DNA of 64,000 nucleotides, from contig OZ024740.1 in the NCBI GenBank assembly GCA_964016885.1, forward strand, positions 251,658,001 to 251,722,000, in the 5' to 3' direction. The stretch is from Eledone cirrhosa. Its lineage: Eukaryota. Position numbers and translations under genes: made by a program. Shown here one piece after another: positions 1 through 12,300 of the stretch. How positions within the stretch are numbered: position 1 is the first letter of the stretch; every line of letters begins with the position of its first letter. A model generated the notes under the pieces. It was not told the DNA's origin, searched no databases, and saw only the letters and a list, made by a program, of their open reading frames with translations.

Positions 1-92
1 TTTTTTTACAAATTATCTCCCCTTGATTTTTTTTTACAAATTATCTCCCCCTGATTTTTTTTTTACAAATTATCTCCCCCTGATTTTTTTAC

Positions 93-119
93 AAATTATC
101 TCCCCCTGATTTTTTTTAC
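93..119 (+). repeat. Type A monomer, representative copy: AAATTATCTCCCCCTGATTTTTTTTAC (27 bp; T-run 7-11 in other copies)
   Basis: Read directly. Occurs in tandem runs of up to about 17 copies, e.g. 1297-1765. Confidence 0.98.
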
Positions 120-229
120 AAATTATCTCCCCCTGATTTTTTTTACAAATTATCTCCCCTTGATTTTTTTCTACAAATTATCTCCCCCTGATTTTTTTTT
201 TACAAATTATCTCCCCCTGATTTTTTTAA

Positions 230-354
230 AAATTATCTTCCCTTGGCTGGCGGGAAATTATCTCCCCTTGGACGGCTGGAAATTATCTCCCCTTGGAAGG
301 ATGTAAATTATCTCCCCTTGGACGGCTGGAAATTATCTCCCCTTGCACGGCTGG
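230..354 (+). repeat. B-block word W1 (5 monomers: CTTCCCTTGGCTGGCGGG / B / GGAAGGATGT / B / GCACGGCTGG)
   Basis: The same ordered set recurs at about 1765, 3226, 4157, 7343, 9116, 24076, 27900, 29437, 30895 and onward to 62956. Confidence 0.93.
255..279 (+). repeat. Type B monomer, representative copy: AAATTATCTCCCCTTGGACGGCTGG (25 bp)
   Basis: Read directly. Occurs in runs of 1 to about 10 copies with recurrent variants (GGCTAG, GGCTGA, GGCTGC, GGCTGGCGGG, GGAAGGATGT, GCACGG). Confidence 0.98.
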
Positions 355-493
355 AAATTATCTCCCCTTGATTTTTTTTACAAATTATCTCCCCCTGATT
401 TTTTTTTACAAATTATCTCCCCCTGATTTTTTTTTACAAATTATCTCCCCCTGATTTTTTTTACAAATTATCTCCCCCTGATTTAAAAAAAAA

Positions 494-617
494 AAATTAT
501 CTCCCCTTCGCTGGCTGGAAATTATCTCCCCTTGGACGCTGGAAATTATAGCCCCTTGGAGGGCTGGAAATTATCTTCCCTTGGACGGCTGGAAATTATC
601 TTCCCTTGGACGGCTGG
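494..617 (+). repeat. B-block word W2 (CTTCGCTGGCTGG / 24-bp GGACGCTGG / TTATAGCCCCTTGGAGGGCTGG / one or two CTTCCC-B monomers)
   Basis: Recurs dozens of times. It is the source of the repeated 'MDAGNYSPLEGWKLSSLGRLEII' ORF translations. Confidence 0.93.
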
Positions 618-748
618 AAATTATCTCCCCTTGATTTTTTTTACAAATTATCTCCCCCTGATTTTTTTTTACAAATTATCTCCCCCTGATTTTTTTTACA
701 AATTATCTCCCCCTGATTTTTTTTACAATCTCCGCCTGATTTTTTAAA

Positions 749-848
749 AAATTATCTTCCCTTGGCTGGCGGGAAATTATCTCCCCTTGGACGGCTGGAA
801 ATTATCTCCCCTTGGACGGCTAGAAATTATCTCTCTTTGGACGGCTGG
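749..848 (+). repeat. B-block word W3 (GGCTGGCGGG / B / GGCTAG / CTCTCTTTGGACGGCTGG)
   Basis: Recurs at about 8265, 13616, 15185, 23115, 28418, 35961, 42196, 48432, 54265, 57278 and 63475. It is preceded by the truncated monomer ACAATCTCCGCCTGA. Confidence 0.9.
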
Positions 849-1171
849 AAATTATCTCCCCTTGATTTTTTTTACAAATTATCTCCCCCTGATTTTTTTT
901 ACAAATTATCCCCGCATGATTTTTTAAAAAAAAATTATCTCCCCTTCGCTGGCTGGAAATTATCTCCCCTTGGACGCTGGAAATTATAGCCCCTTGGAGG
1001 GCTGGAAATTATCTTCCCTTGGACGGCTGGAAATTATCTCCCCTTAATTTTTTTTACAAATTATCTCCCCCTGATTTTTTTTTACAAATTATCTCCCCCT
1101 GATTTTTTTTTACAAATTATATCCCCCTGATTTTTTTTTTTACAAATTATCTCCGCCTGATTTTTAAAAAA

Positions 1172-1296
1172 AAATTATCTCCCCTTGGACGGCTGGAAAT
1201 TATCTCCCCTTGGACGGCTGGAAATTATCTCCCCTTGGACGGCTAGAAATTACCTCTCCTTGGACGGCTGAAAATTATCTCCCCTTGGACGGCTGC
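1172..1296 (+). repeat. B-block word W4 (B / B / GGCTAG / TTA(C/T)CTCTCCTTGGACGGCTGA / GGCTGC)
   Basis: Recurs throughout and is the source of the 'MDGWKLSPLGRLEITSPWTAENYLPLDGCK' ORFs. It is typically preceded by a CCGC(C/T)TGA junction monomer. Confidence 0.92.
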
Positions 1297-4200
1297 AAAT
1301 TATCTCCCCTTGATTTTTTTTACAAATTATCTCCCCCTGATTTTTTTTACAAATTATCTCCCCCTGATTTTTTTTACAAATTATCTCCCCCTGATTTTTT
1401 TTTACAAATTATCTCCCCCTGATTTTTTTTTACAAATTATCTCCCCCTGATTTTTTTTACAAATTATCTCCCCCTGATTTTTTTTACAAATTATCTCCCC
1501 CTGATTTTTTTTTACAAATTATCTCCCCTTGATTTTTTTTTACAAATTATCTGCCCCTGATTTTTTTTTTACAAATTATCTCCCCCTGATTTTTTTACAA
1601 ATTATCTCCCCCTGATTTTTTTTACAAATTATCTCCCCCTGATTTTTTTTACAAATTATCTCCCCTTGATTTTTTTTTACAAATTATCTCCCCTTGATTT
1701 TTTTTTACAAATTATCTCCCCCTGATTTTTTTTTTACAAATTATCTCCCCCTGATTTTTTTAAAAATTATCTTCCCTTGGCTGGCGGGAAATTATCTCCC
1801 CTTGGACGGCTGGAAATTATCTCCCCTTGGAAGGATGTAAATTATCTCCCCTTGGACGGCTGGAAATTATCTCCCCTTGCACGGCTGGAAATTATCTCCC
1901 CTTGATTTTTTTTACAAATTATCTCCCCCTGATTTTTTTTTACAAATTATCTCCCCCTGATTTTTTTTTACAAATTATCTCCCCCTGATTTTTTTTACAA
2001 ATTATCTCCCCCTGATTTTTTAAAAAAAAATTATCTCCCCTTCGCTGGCTGGAAATTATCTCCCCTTGGACGCTGGAAATTATAGCCCCTTGGAGGGCTG
2101 GAAATTATCTTCCCTTGGACGGCTGGAAATTATCTTCCCTTGGACGGCTGGAAATTATCTCCCCTTGATTTTTTTTACAAATTATCTCCCCCTGATTTTT
2201 TTTTACAAATTATCTCCCCCTGATTTTTTTTACAAATTATCTACCCCTGATTTTTTTTACAAATTATCTCCCCCTGATTTTTTTTTACAAATTATCTCCC
2301 TCTGATTTTTTTTTACAAATTATCTCCCCCTGATTTTTTTTTTACAAATTATCTCCCCCTGATTTTTTTACAAATTATCTCCCCCTGATTTTTTTTACAA
2401 TCTCCGCCTGATTTTTTAAAAAATTATCTCCCCTTCGCTGGCTGGAAATTATCTCCCCTTGGACGCTGGAAATTATAGCCCCTTGGAGGGCTGGAAATTA
2501 TCTTCCCTTGGACGGCTGGAAATTATCTCCCCTTGATTTTTTTTACAAATTATCTCCCCCTGATTTTTTTTTACAAATTATCTCCCCCTGATTTTTTTTT
2601 ACAAATTATCTCCCCCTGATTTTTTTTTTTACAAATTATCTCCGCCTGATTTTTAAAAAAAAATTATCTCCCCTTGGACGGCTGGAAATTATCTCCCCTT
2701 GGACGGCTGGAAATTATCTCCCCTTGGACGGCTAGAAATTACCTCTCCTTGGACGGCTGAAAATTATCTCCCCTTGGACGGCTGCAAATTATCTCCCCTT
2801 GATTTTTTTTACAAATTATCTCCCCCTGATTTCTTTTACAAATTATCTCCCCCTGATTTTTTTTACAAATTATCTCCCCCTGATTTTTTTTTACAAATTA
2901 TCTCCCCCTGATTTTTTTTTACAAATTATCTCCCCCTGATTTATTTTACAAATTATCTCCCCCTGATTTTTTTTACAAATTATCTCCCCCTGATTTTTTT
3001 TTACAAATTATCTCCCCTTGATTTTTTTTTACAAATTATCTCCCCCTGATTTTTTTTTTACAAATTATCTCCCCCTGATTTTTTTACAAATTATCTCCCC
3101 CTGATTTTTTTTACAAATTATCTCCCCCTGATTTTTTTTACAAATTATCTCCCCTTGATTTTTTTTTACAAATTATCTCCCCCTGATTTTTTTTTTACAA
3201 ATTATCTCCCCCTGATTTTTTTAAAAATTATCTTCCCTTGGCTGGCGGGAAATTATCTCCCCTTGGACGGCTGGAAATTATCTCCCCTTGGAAGGATGTA
3301 AATTATCTCCCCTTGGACGGCTGGAAATTATCTCCCCTTGCACGGCTGGAAATTATCTCCCCTTGATTTTTTTTACAAATTATCTCCCCCTGATTTTTTT
3401 TTACAAATTATCTCCCCCTGATTTTTTTTTACAAATTATCTCCCCCTGATTTTTTTTACAAATTATCTCCCCCTGATTTAAAAAAAAAAAATTATCTCCC
3501 CTTCGCTGGCTGGAAATTATCTCCCCTTGGACGCTGGAAATTATAGCCCCTTGGAGGGCTGGAAATTATCTTCCCTTGGACGGCTGGAAATTATCTTCCC
3601 TTGGACGGCTGGAAATTATCTCCCCTTGATTTTTTTTACAAATTATCTCCCCCTGATTTTTTTTTACAAATTATCTCCCCCTGATTTTTTTTTACAAATT
3701 ATCTCCCCCTGATTTTTTTTTTACAAATTATCTCCGCTTGATTTTTTAAAAAAAATTATCTCCCCTTGGACGGTTGGAAATTATCTCCCCTTGGACGGCT
3801 AGAAATTATCTCTCCTTGGACGGCTGAAAATTATCTCCCCTTGGACGGCTGCAAATTATCTCCCCTTGATTTTTTTTACAAATTATCTCCCCCTGATTTT
3901 TTTTTACAAATTATCTCCCCCTGATTTTTTTTTACAAATTATCTCCCCTTGATTTTTTTTTACAAATTATCTCCCCCTGATTTTTTTTTTACAAATTATC
4001 TCCCCCTGATTTTTTTACAAATTATCTCCCCCTGATTTTTTTTACAAATTATCTCCCCCTGATTTTTTTTACAAATTATCTCCCCTTGATTTTTTTTCAC
4101 AAATTATCTCCCCCTGATTTTTTTTTTACAAATTATCTCCCCCTGATTTTTTTAAAAATTATCTTCCCTAGGCTGGCGGGAAATTATCTCCCCTTGGACG

Positions 4201-6525
4201 GCTGGAAATTATCTCCCCTTGGAAGGATGTAAATTATCTCCCCTTGGACGGCTGGAAATTATCTCCCCTTGCACGGCTGGAAATTATCTCCCCTTGATTT
4301 TTTTTACAAATTATCTCCCCCTGATTTTTTTTTACAAATTATCTCCCCCTGATTTTTTTTTACAAATTATCTCCCCCTGATTTTTTTTACAAATTATCTC
4401 CCCCTGATTTTAAAAAAAAAAATTATCTCCCGTTCGCTGGCTGGAAATTATCTCCCCTTGGACGCTGGAAATTATAGCCCCTTGGAGGGCTGGAAATTAT
4501 CTTCCCTTGGACGGCTGGAAATTATCTTCCCTTGGACGGCTGGAAATTATCTCCCCTTGATTTTTTTTTCCAAATTATCTCCCCCTGATTTTTTTTTACA
4601 AATTATCTCCCCCTGATTTTTTTTTTACAAATTATCTCCGCTTGATTTTTTAAAAAAATTATCTCCCCTTGGACGGCTGGAAATTATCTCCCCTTGGACG
4701 GCTGGAAATTATCTCCCCTTGGACGGCTAGAAATTATCTCTCCTTGGACGGCTGAAAATTATCTCCCCTTGGACGGCTGCAAATTATCTCCCCTTTATTT
4801 TTTTTACAAATTATCTCCCCCTGATTTTTTTTTACAAATTATCTCCCCCTCATTTTTTTACAAATTATCTACCCCTGATTTTTTTTACAAATTATCTCCC
4901 CCTGATTTTTTTTTACAAATTATCTCCCTCTGATTTTTTTTACAAATTATCTCCCCCTGATTTTTTTTTTACAAATTATCTCCCCCTGATTTTTTTAAAA
5001 ATTATCTCCCCCTGATTTTTTTACAATCTCCGCCTGATTTTTTTAAAAATTATCTTCCCTTGGCTGGCGGGAAATTATCTCCCCTTGGACGGCTGGAAAT
5101 TATCTCCCCTTGGAAGGATGGAAATTATCTCCCCTTGGACGGCTGGATATTATCTCCCCTTGCACGGCTGGAAATTATCTCCCCTTGGCTGGAAATTATC
5201 TCCCCTTGGACGGCTAGAAATTATCTCTCTTTGGACGGCTGGAAATTATCTCCCTTTGATTTTTTTTACAAATTATCTCCCTCTGATATTTTTTACAAAT
5301 CTCCCCCTGATTTTTTAAAAAAAATTATCTCCCCTTCGCTGGCTGGAAATTATCTCCCCTTGGACACTGGAAATTATAGCCCCTTGGAGGGCTGGAAATT
5401 ATCTTCCCTTGGACGGCTGGAAATTATCTCCCCTTGATTTTTTTTACAAATTATCTCCGCCTGATTTTTTTTAAAAATTATCTCTCCTTGGACGGCTGGA
5501 AATTATCTCCCCTTGATTTTTTTTACAAATTATCTCCCCCTGATTTTTTTTACAAATTATCTACCACTGATTTTTTTTACAAATTATCTCCCCCTGATTT
5601 TTTTTACAAATTATCTCCCCCTGATTTTTCTTTTACAAATTATCTCCCCCTGATTTTTTTACAAATTATCTCCCCCTGATTTTTTTTACAAATTATCTCC
5701 GCCTGATTTTTTTAAATATTATCTTCCCTTGGCTGGCGGGAAATTATCTCCCCTTGGACGGCTGGAAATTATCTGCCCTTGATTTTGTTTTTACAAATTA
5801 TCTTCCACTGATTTTTTTTACAAATTATCTCCACCTGATTTTTTAAAAAATTATCTCCCCTTGGAAGGCTGGAAATTATCTCCCCTTGGACGGCTAGAAA
5901 TTATCTCTCTTTGGACGGCTGGAAATTATCTCCCCTTGATTTTTTTTACAAATTATCTCCCCCTGATTTTTTTTACAAATATCCCAGTGATTTTTTTTAA
6001 AAAATTATCTCCCCTTCGCTGGCTGGAAATTATCTCCCCTTGGACGCTGGAAATTATAGCCCCTTGGAGGGCTGGAAATTATCTTCCCTTGGACGGCTGG
6101 AAATTATCTCCCCTTGATTTTTTTTACAAATTATCTCCCCCTGATTTTTTTTTACAAATTATCTCCCCCTGATTTTTTTTTACAAATTATCTCCCCCTGA
6201 TTTTTTTTACAACTTATCTCCGCCTGATTTTTTTTAAAAAATCATCTCCCCTTGGACGGCTGGAAATTATCTCCCCTTGGACGGCTGGAAATTATCTCTC
6301 CTTGGACGGCTAGAAATTACCTCTCCTTGGACAATTGAAAATTATCTCCCCTTGGACGGCTGGAAATTATCTCCCCTTGATTTTTTTTACAAATTATCTC
6401 CCCCTGATTTTTTTTACAAATTATCTCCCCTGATTTTTTTTTACAAATTATCTCCCCCTGATTTTTTTTTACAAATTATCTCCCCCTGATTTTTTTTACA
6501 AATTATCTCCCCCTGATTTTTTTAC

Positions 6526-6774
6526 AAATTATCTCCCCTTGGCTGGCTGGAAATTATCTCCCCTTGGAGGCAGGAATTTATCTCCCCTTGGACGGCTAGA
6601 AATTACCTCTCCTTGGACGGCAGGAAAATATGTCTCCTTGGACGGCTGGAAATTATCTCCCCTTGGACGGCTGGAAATTATCTCCCCTTGGACGGCTGGA
6701 AATTATCTCCCCTTGGACGGCTAGAAATTACCTCTCCTTGGACGGCTGAAAATTATCTCCCCTTGGACGGCTGG
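6526..6774 (+). repeat. B-block word W5, the longest B run (10 monomers, includes GGAGGCAGGAATTT and AAAATATGTCTCC variants)
   Basis: Recurs at about 10822, 12861, 16669, 20664, 26504, 34224, 38517, 40581, 44752 and 46816. Related forms lie at about 17698, 19127 and 21482. Confidence 0.9.
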
Positions 6775-9339
6775 AAATTATCTCCCCTTGATTTTTTTAC
6801 AAATTATCTCCCCCTGATTTTTTTTTACAAATTATCTCCCCCTGATTTTTTTTACAAATTATCTCCCCCTGATTTTTTTTACAAATTATCTCCCCCTGAT
6901 TTTTTTTACAAATTATCTCCGCCTGATTTTTTTAAATATTATCTCTCCTTGGCTGGCGGGAAATTATCTCCCCTTGGACGGCTGCAAATTATCTCCGCTT
7001 GATTTTTTTTACAAATTATCTCCCCCTGATTTTTTTTTACAAATTATCTCCCCCTGATTTTTTTTACAAATTATCTCCCCCTGATTTTTTTTACAAATTA
7101 TCTCCCCCTGATTTTTTTTTACAAATTATCTCCCCTTGATTTTTTTTTACAAATTATCTCCCCCTGATTTTTTTTTTACAAATTATCTCCCCCTGATTTT
7201 TTTACAAATTATCTCCCCCTGATTTTTTTTACAAATTATCTCCCCCTGATTTTTTTTACAAATTATCTCCCCTTGATTTTTTTTTACAAATTATCTCCCC
7301 CTGATTTTTTTTTTACAAATTATCTCCCCCTGATTTTTTTAAAAATTATCTTCCCTTGGCTGGCGGGAAATTATCTCCCCTTGGACGGCTGGAAATTATC
7401 TCCCCTTGGAAGGATGTAAATTATCTCCCCTTGGACGGCTGGAAATTATCGCCCCTTGCACGGCTGGAAATTATCTCCCCTTGATTTTTTTTACAAATTA
7501 TCTCCCCCTGATTTTTTTTTACAAATTATCTCCCCCTGATTTTTTTTTACAAATTATCTCCCCCTGATTTTTTTTACAAATTATCTCCCCCTGATTTTTA
7601 AAAAAAAAATTATCTCCCCTTCGCTGGCTGGAAATTATCTCCCCTTGGACGCTGGAAATTATAGCCCCTTGGAGGGCTGGAAATTATCTTCCCTTGGACG
7701 GCTGGAAATTATCTTCCCTTGGACGGCTGGAAATTATCTCCCCTTGATTTTTTTTACAAATTATCTCCCCCTGATTTTTTTTTACAAATTATCTCCCCCT
7801 GATTTTTTTTTACAAATTATCTCCCCCTGATTTTTTTTTTTACAAATTATCTCCGCTTGATTTTTTAAAAAAAATTATCTCCCCTTGGACGGCTGGAAAT
7901 TATCTCCCCGTGGACGGCTGGAAATTATCTCCCCTTGGACGGCTAGAAATTATCTCTCCTTGGACGGCTGAAAATTATCTCCCCTTGGACGGCTGCAAAT
8001 TATCTCCCCTTGATTTTTTTTACAAATTATCTCCCCCTGATTTTTTTTTACAAATTATCTCCCCCTGATTTTTTTTACAAATTATCTACCCCTGATTTTT
8101 TTTACAAATTATCTCTCCCTGATTTTTTTTACAAATTATCTCCCTCTGATTTTTTTTTACAAATTATCTCCCCCTGATTTTTTTTTTACAAATTATCTCC
8201 CCCTGATTTTTTTACAAATTATCTCCCCCTGATTTTTTTTACAATCTCCGCCTGATTTTTTAAAAAATTATCTTCCCTTGGCTGGCGGGAAATTATCTCC
8301 CCTTGGACGGCTGGAAATTATCTCCCCTTGGACGGCTAGAAATTATCTCTCTTTGGACGGCTGGAAATTATCTCCCCTTGATTTTTTTTACAAATTATCT
8401 CCCCCTGATTTTTTTTACAAATTATCCCCGCATGATTTAAAAAAAAAAAATTATCTCCCCTTCGCTGGCTGGAAATTATCTCCCCTTGGACGCTGGAAAT
8501 TATAGCCCCTTGGAGGGCTGGAAATTATCTTCCCTTGGACGGCTGGAAATTATCTCCCCTTGATTTTTTTTACAAATTATCTCCCCCTGATTTTTTTTTA
8601 CAAATTATCTCCCCCTGATTTTTTTTTACAAATTATCTCCCCCTGATTTTTTTTTTACAAATTATCTCCGCTTGATTTTTTAAAAAAAATTATCTCCCCT
8701 TGGACGGCTGGAAATTATCTCCCCTTGGACGGCTGGAAATTATCTCCCCTTGGACGGCTAGAAATTATCTCTCCTTGGACGGCTGAAAATTATCTCCCCT
8801 TGGACGGCTGCAAATTATCTCCCCTTGATTTTTTTTACAAATTATCTCCCCCTGATTTTTTTTTACAAATTATCTCCCCCTGATTTTTTTTTACAAATTA
8901 TCTCCCCTTGATTTTTTTTTACAAATTATCTCCCCCTGATTTTTTTTTTACAAATTATCTCCCCCTGATTTTTTTACAAATTATCTCCCCCTGATTTTTT
9001 TTACAAATTATCTCCCCCTGATTTTTTTTACAAATTATCTCCCCTTGATTTTTTTTTACAAATTATCTCCCCCTGATTTTTTTTTTACAAATTATCTCCC
9101 CCTGATTTTTTTAAAAATTATCTTCCCTTGGCTGGCGGGAAATTATCTCCCCTTGGACGGCTGGAAATTATCTCCCCTTGGAAGGATGTAAATTATCTCC
9201 CCTTGGACGGCTGGAAATTATCTCCCTTGCACGGCTGGAAATTATCTCCCCTTGATTTTTTTTACAAATTATCTCCCCCTGATTTTTTTTTACAAATTAT
9301 CTCCCCCTGATTTTTTTTTACAAATTATCTCCCCCTGAT

Positions 9340-12300
9340 TTTTTTTACAAATTATCTCCCCCTGATTTTAAAAAAAAAAATTATCTCCCCTTCGCTGGCT
9401 GGAAATTATCTCCCCTTGGACGCTGGAAATTATAGCCCCTTGGAGGGCTGGAAATTATCTTCCCTTGGACGGCTGGAAATTATCTTCCCTTGGACGGCTG
9501 GAAATTATCTCCCCTTGATTTTTTTTACAAATTATCTCCCCCTGATTTTTTTTTACAAATTATCTCCCCCTGATTTTTTTTTACAAATTATCTCCCCCTG
9601 ATTTTTTTTTTACAAATTATCTCCGCTTGATTTTTTAAAAAAAATTATCTCCCCTTGGACGGCTGGAAATTATCTCCCCTTGGACGGCTGGAAATTATCT
9701 CCCCTTGGACGGCTAGAAATTATCTCTCCTTGGACGGCTGAAAATTATCTCCCCTTGGACGGCTGCAAATTATCTCCCCTTGATTTTTTTTACAAATTAT
9801 CTCCCCCTGATTTTTTTTTACAAATTATCTCCCCCTGATTTTTTTTTACAAATTATCTACCCCTGATTTTTTTTACAAATTATCTCCCCCTGATTTTTTT
9901 TACAAATTATCTCCCCCTGATTTTTCTTTTACAAATTATCTCCCCCTGATTTTTTTACAAATTATCTCCCCCTGATTTTTTTTACAAATTATCTCCGCCT
10001 GATTTTTTTAAATATTATCTTCCCTTGGCTGGCGGGAAATTATCTCCCCTTGGACGGCTGGAAATTATCTGCCCTTGATTTTGTTTTTACAAATTATCTT
10101 CCACTGATTTTTTTTACAAATTATCTCCACCTGATTTTTTAAAAAATTATCTCCCCTTGGAAGGCTGGAAATTATCTCCCCTTGGACGGCTAGAAATTAT
10201 CTCTCTTTGGACGGCTGGAAATTATCTCCCCTTGATTTTTTTTACAAATTATCTCCCCCTGATTTTCTTTACAAATATCCCAGTGATTTTTTTTAAAAAA
10301 TTATCTCCCCTTCGCTGGCTGGAAATTATCTCCCCTTGGACGCTGGAAATTATAGCCCCTTGGAGGGCTGGAAATTATCTTCCCTTGGACGGCTGGAAAT
10401 TATCTCCCCTTGATTTTTTTTACAAATTATCTCCCCCTGATTTTTTTTTACAAATTATCTCCCCCTGATTTTTTTTTACAAATTATCTCCCCCTGATTTT
10501 TTTTTACAACTTATCTCCGCCTGATTTTTTTTAAAAAATCATCTCCCCTTGGACGGCTGGAAATTATCTCCCCTTGGACGGCTGGAAATTATCTCTCCTT
10601 GGACGGCTAGAAATTACCTCTCCTTGGACGGCTGAAAATTATCTCCCCTTGGAAGGCTGGAAATTATCTCCCCTTGATTTTTTTACAAATTATCTTCCCC
10701 TGATTTTTTTTACAAATTATCTCCCCTGATTTTTTTTTACAAATTATCTCCCCCTGATTTTTTTTTACAAATTATCTCCCCCTGATTTTTTTTACAAATT
10801 ATCTCCCCCTGATTTTTTTACAAATTATCTCCCCTTGGCTGGCTGGAAATTATCTCCCCTTGGAGGCAGGAATTTATCTCCCCTTGGACGGCTAGAAATT
10901 ACCTCTCCTTGGACGGCTGGAAAATATGTCTCCTTGGACGGCTGGAAATTATCTCCCCTTGGACGGCTGGAAATTATCTCCCCTTGGACGGCTGGAAATT
11001 ATCTCCCCTTGGACGGCTAGAAATTACCTCTCCTTGGACGGCTGAAAATTATCTCCCCTTGGACGGCTGGAAATTATCTCCCCTTGATTTTTTTACAAAT
11101 TATCTCCCCCTGATTTTTTTTTACAAATTATCTCCCCCTGATTTTTTTTTACAAATTATCTCCCACTGATTTTTTTTTACAAATTATCTCCCCCTGATTT
11201 TTTTTTACAAATTATCTCCGCCTGATTTTTTTAAAAAAATTGTCTCCCCTTGGACGGCTGGAAATTATCTCCCCTTGGACGGCTGGAAATTATCTCCCCT
11301 TGGACGGCTAGAAATTACCTCTCCTTGGACGGCTGAAAATTATCTCCCCTTGGACGGCTGCAAATTATCTCCCCTTGATTTTTTTTACAAATTATCTCCC
11401 CCTGATTTTTTTTACAAATTATCTCCCCCTGATTTTTTTTACAAATTATCTCCCCCTGATTTTTAAAAAAAAAATTATCTCCCCTTCGCTGGCTGGAAAT
11501 TATCTCCCCTTGGACGCTGGAAATTATAGCCCCTTGGAGGGCTGGAAATTATCTTCCCTTGGACGGCTGGAAATTATCTTCCCTTGGACGGCTGGAAATT
11601 ATCTCCCCTTGATTTTTTTTACAAATTATCTCCCCCTGATTTTTTTTTACAAATTATCTCCCCCTGATTTTTTTTTACAAATTATCTCCCCCTGATTTTT
11701 TTTTTACAAATTATCTCCGCTTGATTTTTAAAAAAAAATTATCTCCCCTTGGACGGCTGGAAATTATCTCCCCTTGGACGGCTGGAAATTATCTCCCCTT
11801 GGACGGCTAGAAATTATCTCTCCTTGGACGGCTGAAAATTATCTCCCCTTGGACGGCTGCAAATTATCTCCCCTTGATTTTTTTACAAATTATCTCCCCC
11901 TGATTTTTTTTTACAAATTATCTCCCCCTGATTTTTTTTTACAAATTATCTACCCCTGATTTTTTTTACAAATTATCTCCCCCTGATTTTTTTTACAAAT
12001 TATCTCCCCCTGATTTTTCTTTTACAAATTATCTCCCCCTGATTTTTTTACAAATTATCTCCCCCTGATTTTTTTTACAAATTATCTCCGCCTGATTTTT
12101 TTAAATATTATCTTCCCTTGGCTGGCGGGAAATTATCTCCCCTTGGACGGCTGGAAATTATCTGCCCTTGATTTTTCTTTTACAAATTATCTTCCACTGA
12201 TTTTTTATACAAATTATCTCCACCTGATTTTTTAAAAAATTATCTCCCCTTGGAAGGCTGGAAATTATCTCCCCTTGGACGGCTAGAAATTATCTCTCTT

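Noticed and set aside
93-119. Poly-T tracts as intrinsic or Pol III terminators
   Set aside because: There is no preceding GC hairpin and no upstream gene. The tracts are integral to the monomer.
246-253. GCTGGCGG resembling the E. coli Chi site GCTGGTGG
   Set aside because: It has one mismatch, is simply a B-tail variant, and there is no bacterial context.
255-279. Superficial resemblance of the 25-bp B monomer (ACGG...CTTGG) to long budding-yeast telomeric repeats, or telomerase/RT-templated synthesis
   Set aside because: The similarity is limited to a few bases. The 64-kb length and faithful kb-scale copying of variants indicate recombination/replication-based amplification, not de novo templated addition.
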